From Bacillota bacterium (GTDB taxonomy: Bacteria; Bacillota; Clostridia; Oscillospirales; Oscillospiraceae), in assembly GCA_029007925.1 (NCBI GenBank), contig JAQXIT010000103.1, positions 4,673-68,672 on the forward strand: 64,000 nucleotides of DNA, written 5' to 3'. This document shows positions 32,950 to 41,894 of the stretch, piece after piece. Below the pieces are notes generated by a model that made no database searches, was not told where the DNA came from, and worked only from the letters and a program-made list of their open reading frames with translations. Within the stretch, counting starts at the first letter, position 1, and each line of letters starts with the position of its first letter. Made by a program: the position numbers and the translations under genes.

Positions 32950-33025
32950 TGGTACGCCGGAAGGGACTCGAACCCCCAACCCTCGGAACCGGAATCCGAT
33001 GCTCTATCCATTGAGCCACCGGCGC
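32950..33025 (-). tRNA. tRNA-Arg (CCG)
   Basis: Cloverleaf with GCGCCGG acceptor stem, anticodon loop TTCCGGT, GTTCGAGT T-loop, encoded CCA; TTTACA-17-TATAAT promoter at 33073-33045. Confidence 0.97.
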
Positions 33026-33158
33026 ATTTCCTGACAGCCCTCATATTATAGCAGGGTTTCCTTGGTTTGTAAAGAGGAGATTTTGAAAATCGGGAAAAGT
33101 TTTTTCGTGTGGGGAGAAAAAGCTGACCGCCGGAGTGATTCCGGCGGTGCTTTCTCCG

Positions 33159-34004
33159 TCAATCTTTACATTCACAGGTCTTATAGCCGCCGGTATCCTG
33201 CGCCGCTGCGCAGCCGTCGCAGCCGGTGGGCGCGAACCGGGAAGCGGGGAAGGGGATCCGGCTGAACATTTCGCAGGGATCCTCGGCGCAGCCCGCGGCG
33301 TCGCAGCATTCCTTGGTGGGAAGGGCGTAGTCCAGCATCGGCACCACAAGCTGGGCGTCCCGCTCCAGCCGGATGATGGAAAACTGCCCCAGAGTGACGA
33401 ACAGCCGCCGGCGCTCTCCGCCCTGAACCAGCTCGTCGTCGAACAGATTGCCGATGGCGGTGGGGATCTGGAGGGTCAGATCCTCCCGGCCTTTGTCCTC
33501 GCAGACCTCCCGAACCTTGGAGCTGAGCACCATGGGGTCCAGCACCTCCACCACGGCGGTGGGGCGGTTGGCGTAGTACCGGGTGCGGCCGTCGGGCTCA
33601 TACAGACGGGTGTCGCTGCGGAAAATGTGGGCATGACTGTCCTCACCGCAGAGAACGGCCCGCTTGGTAAACACCGCCAGGCCGTACAGGGCGGCGGGAC
33701 GGTTGGAGCCGATGGTGGCATCGGCCAGAATCCGGTAGTAGAACGTGACGTCAATGCAGTAGCGGTTCCGGTCAAAGGCCACCGGCTCCACGTCAATGTA
33801 TGTGTACAGCAGCTCCGCGCAGCGTACCCGGGCACTGGCGGCGGTGTCCAGCAGCGTCTGTGAGCCTTTGGTCAGGTAGACCCGCAGATCCTCGATGCAG
33901 TCCTTGTCACGGCAGGAGTCCGTGATCTTTTTGGTGTGAATGGACATGACCTGCTGCGGATCCGGGGGATCGCAGCGCAGGGTGTCCTGTCGGTTGTCGG
34001 CCAT
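33159..34004 (-). CDS. Cys-rich hypothetical protein, probably sporulation/spore-coat related
   Basis: GGAGG RBS; IHTKKITDSCRDKDC motif; Cys-rich tail; sigK-like promoter upstream. Confidence 0.75.
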   Translation of the reverse strand: MADNRQDTLRCDPPDPQQVMSIHTKKITDSCRDKDCIEDLRVYLTKGSQTLLDTAASARVRCAELLYTYIDVEPVAFDRNRYCIDVTFYYRILADATIGSNRPAALYGLAVFTKRAVLCGEDSHAHIFRSDTRLYEPDGRTRYYANRPTAVVEVLDPMVLSSKVREVCEDKGREDLTLQIPTAIGNLFDDELVQGGERRRLFVTLGQFSIIRLERDAQLVVPMLDYALPTKECCDAAGCAEDPCEMFSRIPFPASRFAPTGCDGCAAAQDTGGYKTCECKD

Positions 34005-34054
34005 AGTGGATACCTCCCGATGGAATGTAGGAATAAGCGAAACGCTTACAGGAC

Positions 34055-34082
34055 ATTTTATGCGCCCGGCGGGATTCCGTGC
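34055..34082 (-). promoter_or_regulatory. sigmaK-like promoter
   Basis: GCAC-16 nt-CATAAAAT on the minus strand. Confidence 0.6.
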
Positions 34083-34265
34083 GGGTTCCGGGGCGGCGTC
34101 AGGGAATCCGCGCCTCTTTTTTCGCGGAAGAACGGAGCCGCAGGTTCCCCGGGTATGGGAAGCAATTCCGCCATATTGCGGCGCAATTTTCCGGAATTCA
34201 CCGGGACTCTTCCGAAAAAGGTCAACTTTTCTGCGGGAACTGCCCTTTCCGGGAAAGGGGCGAAA

Positions 34266-34347
34266 ACACAACATATTGGGGTCTCCAAAAAAATTTCCAC
34301 ATTATTTTGTGATTTCCTCTTGCAAAAACCACAAGATGTAGTATAAT
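34266..34347 (+). promoter_or_regulatory. Three NrdR boxes and the nrdD promoter
   Basis: ACACAACATATTGGGG (34266), CCACATTATTTTGTGA (34297), CCACAAGATGTAGTAT (34329), spaced 31 and 32 bp; TTGCAA-16-TATAAT. Confidence 0.85.
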
Positions 34348-34397
34348 AGGTCTCGCACGGCACGTGATTTCATTCCCAGCGATAAGGAGGAATATAT

Positions 34398-36620
34398 ATG
34401 AAGATTATCAAGAGAAATGGCGCGGAGGCTGTTTTTGATATCGAAAAGATCCGAATGGCGGTAACCAAGGCCAACAACGCCGTTGACGAGAAGGTTCGCA
34501 TGACCCCCCTGCAGATCGACCGGATCGCCCAGAGCGTTCAGATTTCCTGCGAGGAGATGGGCCGCAGCCCCTCTGTGGAGGAGATCCAGGATCTGGTAGA
34601 AAAGGCGATCATGGCCCACGGCGCCTTCGAGGTGGCCAAGGAGTACATCACCTACCGCTACAACCGGAGCCTGCTGCGGCAGTCCAACACCACCGACGAC
34701 CGGATCCTGACCCTCATCGAGTGCAACAACGAGGAAGTCAAGCAGGAGAACGCCAACAAGAACCCCACCATCAACGCTGTTCAGCGTGACTATATGGCGG
34801 GCGAAGTCTCCAAGGACATCACCAGCCGGATCCTGCTGCCCAAGGACATTGTGGATGCCCACAACGCCGGCATCATCCATTTCCACGATTCCGACTATTA
34901 TGCCCAGCATATGCACAACTGCGATCTGGTGAATCTGGAGGATATGCTGCAGAACGGCACCGTCATCTCCGGAACCCTCATCGAGAAGCCTCATTCCTTC
35001 TCCACCGCCTGCAACATCGCCACCCAGATCATCGCGCAGGTGGCTTCCAACCAGTACGGCGGTCAGTCCATCAGCCTGACCCACCTGGCGCCCTTCGTGC
35101 AGGTCAGCCGGGACAAGATCCGCAAGTCCGTGGAGCAGGAAATGGCCGATCTGGGCGTCGCCGCCGACGAAGCCTCCATTGCCAAGGTGGTGGAGAGACG
35201 CCTGCGGGACGAGGTCAGCCGGGGCGTGCAGACCATCCAGTATCAGGTGGTCACCCTGATGACTACCAATGGTCAGGCTCCCTTCATCACCGTGTTCATG
35301 TACCTGAACGAGGCCAAGGACGAGCAGGAGAAGAAGGATCTTGCCATGATAATTGAGGAGACCCTTCGCCAGCGCTATGAGGGCGTGAAGAACGAGAAGG
35401 GCGTCTGGATCACCCCCGCCTTCCCCAAGCTGATCTATGTGCTGGAGGAGGACAACATCACCGAGGATTCTCCCTACTGGTATCTGACCCGTCTTGCTGC
35501 GGAATGCACCGCAAAGCGGATGGTTCCCGACTACATCAGCGAGAAGAAAATGCGGGAGTACAAGCTCTCCAAGGGCGAGACCCCGGGCAACGGCGACGTG
35601 TACACCTGCATGGGCTGCCGCAGCTTCCTGACCCCCGACCGCTCCGGCAACGGCTGGGACAACGTGGCCAGAGCCGGCAACTATGAGCCGGGGAAGCCCA
35701 AGTATTACGGCCGCTTCAATCAGGGTGTGGTCACCATCAACCTGGTGGACGTGGCGCTGTCCTCCGGCCGGGATATGGACAAGTTCTGGCAGATCTTCGA
35801 TGAGCGGCTGGAGCTGTGCCACCGGGCGCTGCTGTGCCGTCATGAGCGGCTGAAGGGTACCCTCAGTGATGCCGCTCCCATCCTGTGGCAGTATGGCGCC
35901 CTGGCGAGACTGCCCAAGGGCGAGCCCATCGACAAGCTGCTCTACGGCGGTTATTCCACCATTTCTCTGGGCTACGCCGGCCTTTACGAGTGCGTTAAGT
36001 ACATGACCGGCCGTTCCCACACCGACGAGGCGGCCAAGCCCTTCGCTCTGAAGGTCATGCAGCATATGAACGATGCCTGCAAGGGCTGGAAGGAGCAGCA
36101 CGACATCGACTTCTCCCTCTACGGCACGCCGCTGGAATCCACCACCTACAAGTTCGCCAAGTGCCTGCAGAAGCGTTTCGGCGTCATTCCCGGCATCACC
36201 GACAAGAGCTATATCACCAACTCCTACCATGTCCATGTGGCCGAGCAGATCGACGCCTTCACCAAGCTGGCCTTCGAGGCGGAATTCCAGCAGCTTTCCC
36301 CCGGCGGCGCCATCAGCTATGTGGAAGTGCCGAATATGCAGCAGAACATCGACGCGGTGCTGGAGGTCATGAAGTTCATCTACGACAACATCATGTATGC
36401 CGAGCTGAACACCAAGTCCGACTACTGCCAGGTCTGCGGTTTCGACGGCGAGATCGAGATCCGGGAGGACGACGGCAAGCTGGTCTGGGTGTGCCCCCAG
36501 TGCGGCAACACCGACCAGAGCAAGATGAATGTGGCTCGCCGTACCTGCGGCTACATCGGTACCCAGTATTGGAACCAGGGACGCACTCAGGAGATCAAGG
36601 ATCGGGTGCTGCACCTGTAA
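34398..36620 (+). CDS. nrdD: Anaerobic (class III) ribonucleoside-triphosphate reductase
   Basis: N-terminal ATP cone (IKRNG), HNC, MGCRS, CQVC/CPQC zinc site, RTCGY glycyl-radical motif. Confidence 0.97.
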   Translation: MKIIKRNGAEAVFDIEKIRMAVTKANNAVDEKVRMTPLQIDRIAQSVQISCEEMGRSPSVEEIQDLVEKAIMAHGAFEVAKEYITYRYNRSLLRQSNTTDDRILTLIECNNEEVKQENANKNPTINAVQRDYMAGEVSKDITSRILLPKDIVDAHNAGIIHFHDSDYYAQHMHNCDLVNLEDMLQNGTVISGTLIEKPHSFSTACNIATQIIAQVASNQYGGQSISLTHLAPFVQVSRDKIRKSVEQEMADLGVAADEASIAKVVERRLRDEVSRGVQTIQYQVVTLMTTNGQAPFITVFMYLNEAKDEQEKKDLAMIIEETLRQRYEGVKNEKGVWITPAFPKLIYVLEEDNITEDSPYWYLTRLAAECTAKRMVPDYISEKKMREYKLSKGETPGNGDVYTCMGCRSFLTPDRSGNGWDNVARAGNYEPGKPKYYGRFNQGVVTINLVDVALSSGRDMDKFWQIFDERLELCHRALLCRHERLKGTLSDAAPILWQYGALARLPKGEPIDKLLYGGYSTISLGYAGLYECVKYMTGRSHTDEAAKPFALKVMQHMNDACKGWKEQHDIDFSLYGTPLESTTYKFAKCLQKRFGVIPGITDKSYITNSYHVHVAEQIDAFTKLAFEAEFQQLSPGGAISYVEVPNMQQNIDAVLEVMKFIYDNIMYAELNTKSDYCQVCGFDGEIEIREDDGKLVWVCPQCGNTDQSKMNVARRTCGYIGTQYWNQGRTQEIKDRVLHL

Positions 36621-36629
36621 CAGCGCAGC

Positions 36630-36657
36630 AAAGGAGCCGCGAAAGCGGCTCCTTTTT
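36630..36657 (+). terminator. nrdD terminator
   Basis: AAAGGAGCCGC-GAAA-GCGGCTCCTTTTT. Confidence 0.9.
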
Positions 36658-36756
36658 GCGGTTTGTCGAAAATTTCTCTAGGCAAGGGCAAAAAAATGTG
36701 CTATAATCCGGGTAATATCATCCGAAAATCAAATCCTGGAAGCGGGAGGGAAGAAT

Positions 36757-37050
36757 ATGCGGGAAATACCGGAAAAGGAAACTTTGGAGCAGATCGCGGA
36801 GCTTTTTAAGGCATTTGCGGATCCCACCAGAGTTCGGATCCTGTCCCATCTGCAGCGGCAGGAGCTGTGCGTCAACGACATTGCCGAGGCGGTGGATCTG
36901 TCCCAGAGCGCCGTTTCCCACCAGCTTCGGATTCTGAAGCAGATGCACCTCATCAAGTTCCGACGGGACGGCAAGAACGCCCTGTATTCGCTGGCAGACG
37001 ACCATGTGCGCACCATTTTGGAAATGGGTCTGGAACACGTTCTGGAATAA
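36757..37050 (+). CDS. ArsR/SmtB family metalloregulator
   Basis: FKAFADPTR, ELCVND, SQSAVSHQL, DDHV..MGLEH alpha5-type site. Confidence 0.93.
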   Translation: MREIPEKETLEQIAELFKAFADPTRVRILSHLQRQELCVNDIAEAVDLSQSAVSHQLRILKQMHLIKFRRDGKNALYSLADDHVRTILEMGLEHVLE

Positions 37051-37208
37051 ATACAAAACTCCCGGTCTTAGGATCGGGAGTTTATTTGTCGAGGAGTTTT
37101 GCCGGACGGGTTCCAGAATCCATGGATTTTCCCTTGAATCGGTCAAGACGGTTTTTCTATAATGCCAACACCGCTGAGTCGGAGTACAAAAGGGAATGGA
37201 GTGGCGTT

Positions 37209-37958
37209 ATGAAAAGGCTGTGGTGGGTAACGGCAGTGGTATTCCTGCTGGGGATCGGCGTGGGGAAGGGGATTGACGGCTGGCAGCAGCAGCGGGAGCC
37301 CGGCCTGCCGGTCTTTGTCCAGAATACCGACCCGACGCAGCCGGAAACCGAAGCGGCCGGACAGACCCAGCCGGAACCGACCGGAGAGCCGGAGTCCATG
37401 CTGCCCTGTTCCCTGCGGTATACCACGCTGGTGGCCCAGAAGCTGGTGTCCTACGAGGGCCCCTATCTGGAAAGCGGCACCGAGGAAAACGTGGTGGATG
37501 TGGCGGCGCTGCTGCTGACCAACACCGGCACCATTGGTATTGAATATACCCAGATTGTGGTGACCCAGGGGAGTCGGGAGCTGTATTTTGACGCAACCTA
37601 TATTCCGCCCAGAAGCACCGTGCTGCTGCTGGAGGAAAACCGAAGCGACTATCTGTCCGACGAAGTGACGTCCTGCCGGTGCCGGACGGTGGTTCCCGGC
37701 ACCTTTGACCAGGAGCCGCGAACGATCACCCTTCGGGAGAAGGATATGTGTACGCTGGAGGTGACCAACCTGACGGATCAGCCCCTGAGCTGTGTCCGGG
37801 TGTTTTACAAGCACCACATGGGGCAGGACGACCTGTATCTGGGGGGCCTGACCTACAGCGCGGTGATCCAAAACCTCCAGCCGGGGGAAACCCGGGCCAT
37901 TACGCCTTACCGCTACGCTTCCGGGTATACAAAGGTGGTGGCGGTGACGGTGGAATGA
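37209..37958 (+). CDS. Hypothetical exported or membrane-anchored protein
   Basis: N-terminal hydrophobic segment, P/T/E-rich linker, beta-rich C-terminal region; GGAG RBS. Confidence 0.75.
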   Translation: MKRLWWVTAVVFLLGIGVGKGIDGWQQQREPGLPVFVQNTDPTQPETEAAGQTQPEPTGEPESMLPCSLRYTTLVAQKLVSYEGPYLESGTEENVVDVAALLLTNTGTIGIEYTQIVVTQGSRELYFDATYIPPRSTVLLLEENRSDYLSDEVTSCRCRTVVPGTFDQEPRTITLREKDMCTLEVTNLTDQPLSCVRVFYKHHMGQDDLYLGGLTYSAVIQNLQPGETRAITPYRYASGYTKVVAVTVE

Positions 37959-37959
37959 C

Positions 37960-38388
37960 TTACAGGAACCCTTCCATCCGGTGAATGCCGCCGTTTTCGC
38001 AGGCCAGAAGCGCTTCCGAAAGCTGAGAGATCTGCGGATCCCGGTGGGAATAACGGCGCAGTTCCTTCTGTCCCTTCTCCACGCCCCTGACGCAGCCGCG
38101 AACCATCATGGCGGCGATTCGGGCATCGCTGCTGCCGAAAGACAGCCGGGCCCGGGCAGTCAGACGCGCCATGCGGCGCAGTCCGGGTGACAGTTCCGGG
38201 AGCTGCCAGCCCCGTTGGGAGGCGATGGCCTGTGCTTGGGTTTCGATGGTGTCATATTCCCGGAGCTGGGAGCGGAGCGCCTTCTCCAGACTCTCGCTCA
38301 TGGGCGAGCGAAGGACGGAACGGATACCGGTTTGCCCCATCTGGGCGGTTTTCAGTACGGAGGTCAGCATATCCTGACTGGTTTTCAT
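37960..38388 (-). CDS. Hypothetical helical (ferritin-like?) protein, possibly forespore-expressed
   Basis: All-helical pattern (K.AQMG, IAAMMV.G); sigG/F-like promoter upstream. Confidence 0.7.
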   Translation of the reverse strand: MKTSQDMLTSVLKTAQMGQTGIRSVLRSPMSESLEKALRSQLREYDTIETQAQAIASQRGWQLPELSPGLRRMARLTARARLSFGSSDARIAAMMVRGCVRGVEKGQKELRRYSHRDPQISQLSEALLACENGGIHRMEGFL

Positions 38389-38405
38389 TTTTCATCACCC
38401 GGTGA

Positions 38406-38453
38406 CAGTATGACCGGTTTCGACGCAATTATTCCGGGGTATCCGCATAGAAT
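38406..38453. promoter_or_regulatory. Back-to-back sporulation sigma promoters
   Basis: Minus strand GAATA-17-CATACTG (sigG/F-like); plus strand CATAGAAT -10 element (sigE/K-like) before asnB. Confidence 0.5.
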
Positions 38454-38476
38454 AGCGGGACAGGAGGAGAAGCCAT

Positions 38477-40300
38477 ATGTGCGCGATTGCCGGAATCATG
38501 GATATAAACTGTTCGGATGGGACGAAGGAGAAAATGCTGGCCACCATGACCCGCCGGGGGCCGGATGCCACAGGCCGATATGAAAACGGCCCCGCAGTGC
38601 TGCTCCATGCCCGCCTTGCCGTCATCGACCCCGAAGGCGGCGCCCAGCCTATGACCTTTTCCCGGGCGGGGGAGACCTATACCATCGTCTATAACGGGGA
38701 ACTTTACAATACGGAAGAGATCCGCAGGGCGCTGACCCGGGAAGGACACCGCTTTCTGGGTCATTCGGATACCGAGGTGGCGCTCCACGCCTATGCCCAG
38801 TGGGGCGAGGAATGCCTGACGAAATTCAACGGAATCTTCGCCTTCGGCATCTGGGAGGCGGGGCGCCGGCGGCTGTTCCTTGCCCGGGATCGGATGGGTG
38901 TCAAGCCCCTGTTTTTCAAGTGCCATGAGGGCGGGCTGCTGTTCGCCTCGGAGCTGAAAACCATTCTGGCCTATCCAACGGTGCAGCCGGAACTGGACGA
39001 ACAGGGCGCCGCGGAGATCCTGCTGCTGGGGCCGGGACGAACGCCGGGCTGCGGCGTGTTCCGGGGCGTGGAGGAGCTGCAGCCCGGCTGCTGCGCCGTA
39101 TACGCCCATGGAAAGCTGCGGCAGCGACGCTACTGGAGCCTGAAGGATCGGGAGCATCGGGAGAGCTTTGCGGAAACTGCCGAGGTCGTCCGGGCGCTGG
39201 TGCTGGACGCCATCCGGCGGCAGATGGTATCCGATGTTCCCATCGGAACTTTCCTGTCCGGAGGGCTGGATTCCAGCCTGATTTCCGCCGTCTGTGCCGA
39301 AGAGCTGGGCAGGCAGGGAAAACGGCTGACCACCTTCTCTGTGGATTATACGGATAACGACCACTATTTTACCCCCGATAAATTCCAGCCAAATTCCGAT
39401 GGGCATTACATCCGCGTCATGGAGAAGACGCTGAATTCCCACCACCACTGGTGCGTCCTGAGCCCCCGGGAGCTGGTGGACTCCCTGGAGGAGGCGGTGA
39501 CGGCAAGAGACTTGCCCGGCATGGCAGATGTGGATATCTCCCTGCTGGCCTTCTGCAAACGGATCCGGGAGAAGGTAACCGTGGCGCTGTCCGGTGAATG
39601 TGCCGACGAGATCTTCGGGGGATACCCCTGGTACCGGGATCCGGAGATCCGGGATCGGGAGGGCTTCCCCTGGGCCCAGAATACCCGCCAGCGCTGTGCC
39701 ATACTGGCCCCCGGCCTGCGGGAGCGGCTGGATGGGGAAGGCTACGTCCGGGAACGGTATGAGAAAACCTGCCGGGAAAGCGACATCCTGCCGGGAACGC
39801 CTCCCGGGGAGGCGAGAATGAAGCAGATGGTGAATCTGAACCAGCAGTGGTTCATGCAGACTCTGCTGGATCGGAAGGATCGGATGAGCATGTATTCCGG
39901 CCTGGAGGTGCGGGTACCGTTCTGCGATTACCGCATCGCGGAGTATCTGTACGGTGTGCCCTGGGAATTTAAGGACTGGCGGGGCAAGGAGAAGGGACTG
40001 CTGCGCCATGCCATGGAGGGATTGCTGCCGGAGGAAGTGCTTTGGCGGAAGAAAAGTCCCTATCCCAAGACCTGGGATCCGGAATATCTGCGCCTGGTCA
40101 GTGAACGGCTGGAGGCACTGCTGGAGGATCCCAAGGCGCCGCTGTTTTCTCTGGTGGACAGGGAGGCTGCCCGTCGGCTTCTGACGGAAGCGTCTCCATG
40201 GCCGTGGTACGGGCAGCTTATGCGGACGCCCCAGACCGTATGCTATCTGCTGCAGATCGACTGCTGGCTGCGGAAATATCGGGTGGAATTGGACTGGTAG
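38477..40300 (+). CDS. asnB: Asparagine synthase (glutamine-hydrolysing), AsnB/AsnO type
   Basis: MCAIAG N-terminal Cys, RGPD, YNGELYN, RDRMGVKPL, LSGGLDSS, SGECADE, LEVRVPF. Confidence 0.95.
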   Translation: MCAIAGIMDINCSDGTKEKMLATMTRRGPDATGRYENGPAVLLHARLAVIDPEGGAQPMTFSRAGETYTIVYNGELYNTEEIRRALTREGHRFLGHSDTEVALHAYAQWGEECLTKFNGIFAFGIWEAGRRRLFLARDRMGVKPLFFKCHEGGLLFASELKTILAYPTVQPELDEQGAAEILLLGPGRTPGCGVFRGVEELQPGCCAVYAHGKLRQRRYWSLKDREHRESFAETAEVVRALVLDAIRRQMVSDVPIGTFLSGGLDSSLISAVCAEELGRQGKRLTTFSVDYTDNDHYFTPDKFQPNSDGHYIRVMEKTLNSHHHWCVLSPRELVDSLEEAVTARDLPGMADVDISLLAFCKRIREKVTVALSGECADEIFGGYPWYRDPEIRDREGFPWAQNTRQRCAILAPGLRERLDGEGYVRERYEKTCRESDILPGTPPGEARMKQMVNLNQQWFMQTLLDRKDRMSMYSGLEVRVPFCDYRIAEYLYGVPWEFKDWRGKEKGLLRHAMEGLLPEEVLWRKKSPYPKTWDPEYLRLVSERLEALLEDPKAPLFSLVDREAARRLLTEASPWPWYGQLMRTPQTVCYLLQIDCWLRKYRVELDW

Positions 40301-40306
40301 CCAAAA

Positions 40307-40337
40307 ACGGCGCGGCTCCGGGAGGGAGCCGCGCCGT
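40307..40337. terminator. Hairpin between convergent asnB and degV
   Basis: ACGGCGCGGCTCC-GGGAG-GGAGCCGCGCCGT. Confidence 0.8.
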
Positions 40338-40340
40338 GGT

Positions 40341-41198
40341 TTATCGGGTGGTATTTTCAAAGAAGGCCACCGCAATGGCGCCGGGGCCGGCATGGGTGCC
40401 GATGGCGCAGCCCACCGTGGAGATGGGCAGAGTATCGGTGCGGTCTGCCCAGAGGGACTGACAGTCCTTGATGTACTTCCGCAGAAGTACGTCCGACAGG
40501 CCGCTGTAGGCCAGCGCATAGGGGCGCCGGAAGTCGATGCCGCCGCATTTGACCACCATATCTCGGAGGAAATTGTTGCCGTTTTTGGAACCCCGGGCTT
40601 TTCCTGCCAGTGCAACCTCTCCGTTTTCCACGGCGATGACCGGCTTGATGGACAGGATCCCGCCGGCGAAGGCGGTGGCGGCCGAAATCCGTCCGCCCTT
40701 TTTCAGGTACTCCAGCGTGTCCAGCAGTGCCATCAGACGGATCTGTTTCTTTTCCGTGTTGAGGGCTTCCACGATCTGCGCCGCGTCCAGCCCCGCGTCC
40801 CGCAGCGCCAGACCCCGCTGGATCAGGATCCGCTGGCCGATGGTGACATTTTCACTGTCCACCACGAACACCTGCCCGGGATAATCCTGCGCCGCGATGA
40901 CGGCACTCTGGTAGGTGCCGGACAGCTTGGAGGACAGGGTGATAACCACCGCCGTGTCACCCTGGGAGACCACCTGAGCGTAGGCATCGGAAAAGACTGC
41001 CGGCGCGATCTGGGAGGTGGTGGGCAGAACGTCGCTTTCGATGAGCATTTCGTAAAAAGCCTTGTGGGAAAGGGTAACGGAGTCGGCAAATTCCTCGGTG
41101 CCGAAACGGATGGTGAGGGGAATGTGGATAATGCCCAGCGCCTTAGCCTCATCGGGGAGAATATCGGAGGCCGAGTCGATGATAAATCTGATTGCCAT
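40341..41198 (-). CDS. DegV/FakB fatty-acid-binding protein
   Basis: DSASD, PTTSQ, LSSKLSGT, YLKKGGRI, IKP, H.GPG. Confidence 0.95.
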   Translation of the reverse strand: MAIRFIIDSASDILPDEAKALGIIHIPLTIRFGTEEFADSVTLSHKAFYEMLIESDVLPTTSQIAPAVFSDAYAQVVSQGDTAVVITLSSKLSGTYQSAVIAAQDYPGQVFVVDSENVTIGQRILIQRGLALRDAGLDAAQIVEALNTEKKQIRLMALLDTLEYLKKGGRISAATAFAGGILSIKPVIAVENGEVALAGKARGSKNGNNFLRDMVVKCGGIDFRRPYALAYSGLSDVLLRKYIKDCQSLWADRTDTLPISTVGCAIGTHAGPGAIAVAFFENTTR

Positions 41199-41236
41199 AG
41201 GTATCGCTCCTTCTGATCGTTTTTAAGGAACGGCTC

Positions 41237-41689
41237 TTATTCGGGAAGACCGTCCCTGCTGAGTTTCTGAAGATTGGTAACAATGACTTCCAGCGACCGG
41301 TACAGGGTCTCCCGGTCGTCGTCGGTGAGGCCGGAGCCGCCCAGGTTCACTGCCAGCTTTGCCCGGTCGTTGATATGCACCGCAATGGCTTTGCCGGCCT
41401 CCGTGAGGCGGATTTTGGCGCGGTAGAGGTTGCCGCCTTCCGATTCCTTTACGATGAGCCCCTTGCTCTCCAGAAGCGTCACGGCTCGGGAAACGTCGGA
41501 TTTGTCCCGGCTGCACAGTTCACCCAGCCGGGAAGCGGTGATGCCCTCCGGGAAGCGGTTCAGGGCGGTGAAATAGACTGCGTAAGGCCCCTTGAGACCA
41601 TAAGGCTTCAGCTCGTCGGAGGCAATTTTGTGCCAGTATCTGGAAATCTCGGAAATGGCATAAGAGAAACGCTCAAATCGATCCATCAT
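41237..41689 (-). CDS. MarR family transcriptional regulator
   Basis: GIT..L, DKSDVSR...LESKGL, LTEAG winged-helix pattern. Confidence 0.88.
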   Translation of the reverse strand: MMDRFERFSYAISEISRYWHKIASDELKPYGLKGPYAVYFTALNRFPEGITASRLGELCSRDKSDVSRAVTLLESKGLIVKESEGGNLYRAKIRLTEAGKAIAVHINDRAKLAVNLGGSGLTDDDRETLYRSLEVIVTNLQKLSRDGLPE

Positions 41690-41733
41690 ATCGGTACCTC
41701 CACGGATTATTGGAAATCCTCTTCCTGACTGGG

Positions 41734-41764
41734 ATTATAACGGATAAATGTTGAAATGTCAACA
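41734..41764 (-). promoter_or_regulatory. marR-degV promoter with palindromic operator over the -35
   Basis: TTGACA-17-TATAAT (minus strand); TGTTGA-AATG-TCAACA at 41749-41764. Confidence 0.7.
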
Positions 41765-41894
41765 AATTTTTTGCATGCGCAGACGGCAAACCCAAAACCA
41801 TCGTTTTTTTAGCGGATTTGCCCACATGAAAAAACCCCGAATTTGTGCTATCATAACACAAATAGAAGAAAAAATCGGGAAAGAGGCGATACAA

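Noticed and set aside
32543-33044. 158-aa and 99-aa ORFs over tRNA-Arg
   Set aside because: They translate the tRNA and terminator sequences; no RBS or protein-like features.
34302-36614. 770-aa minus-strand ORF
   Set aside because: Antisense shadow of nrdD.
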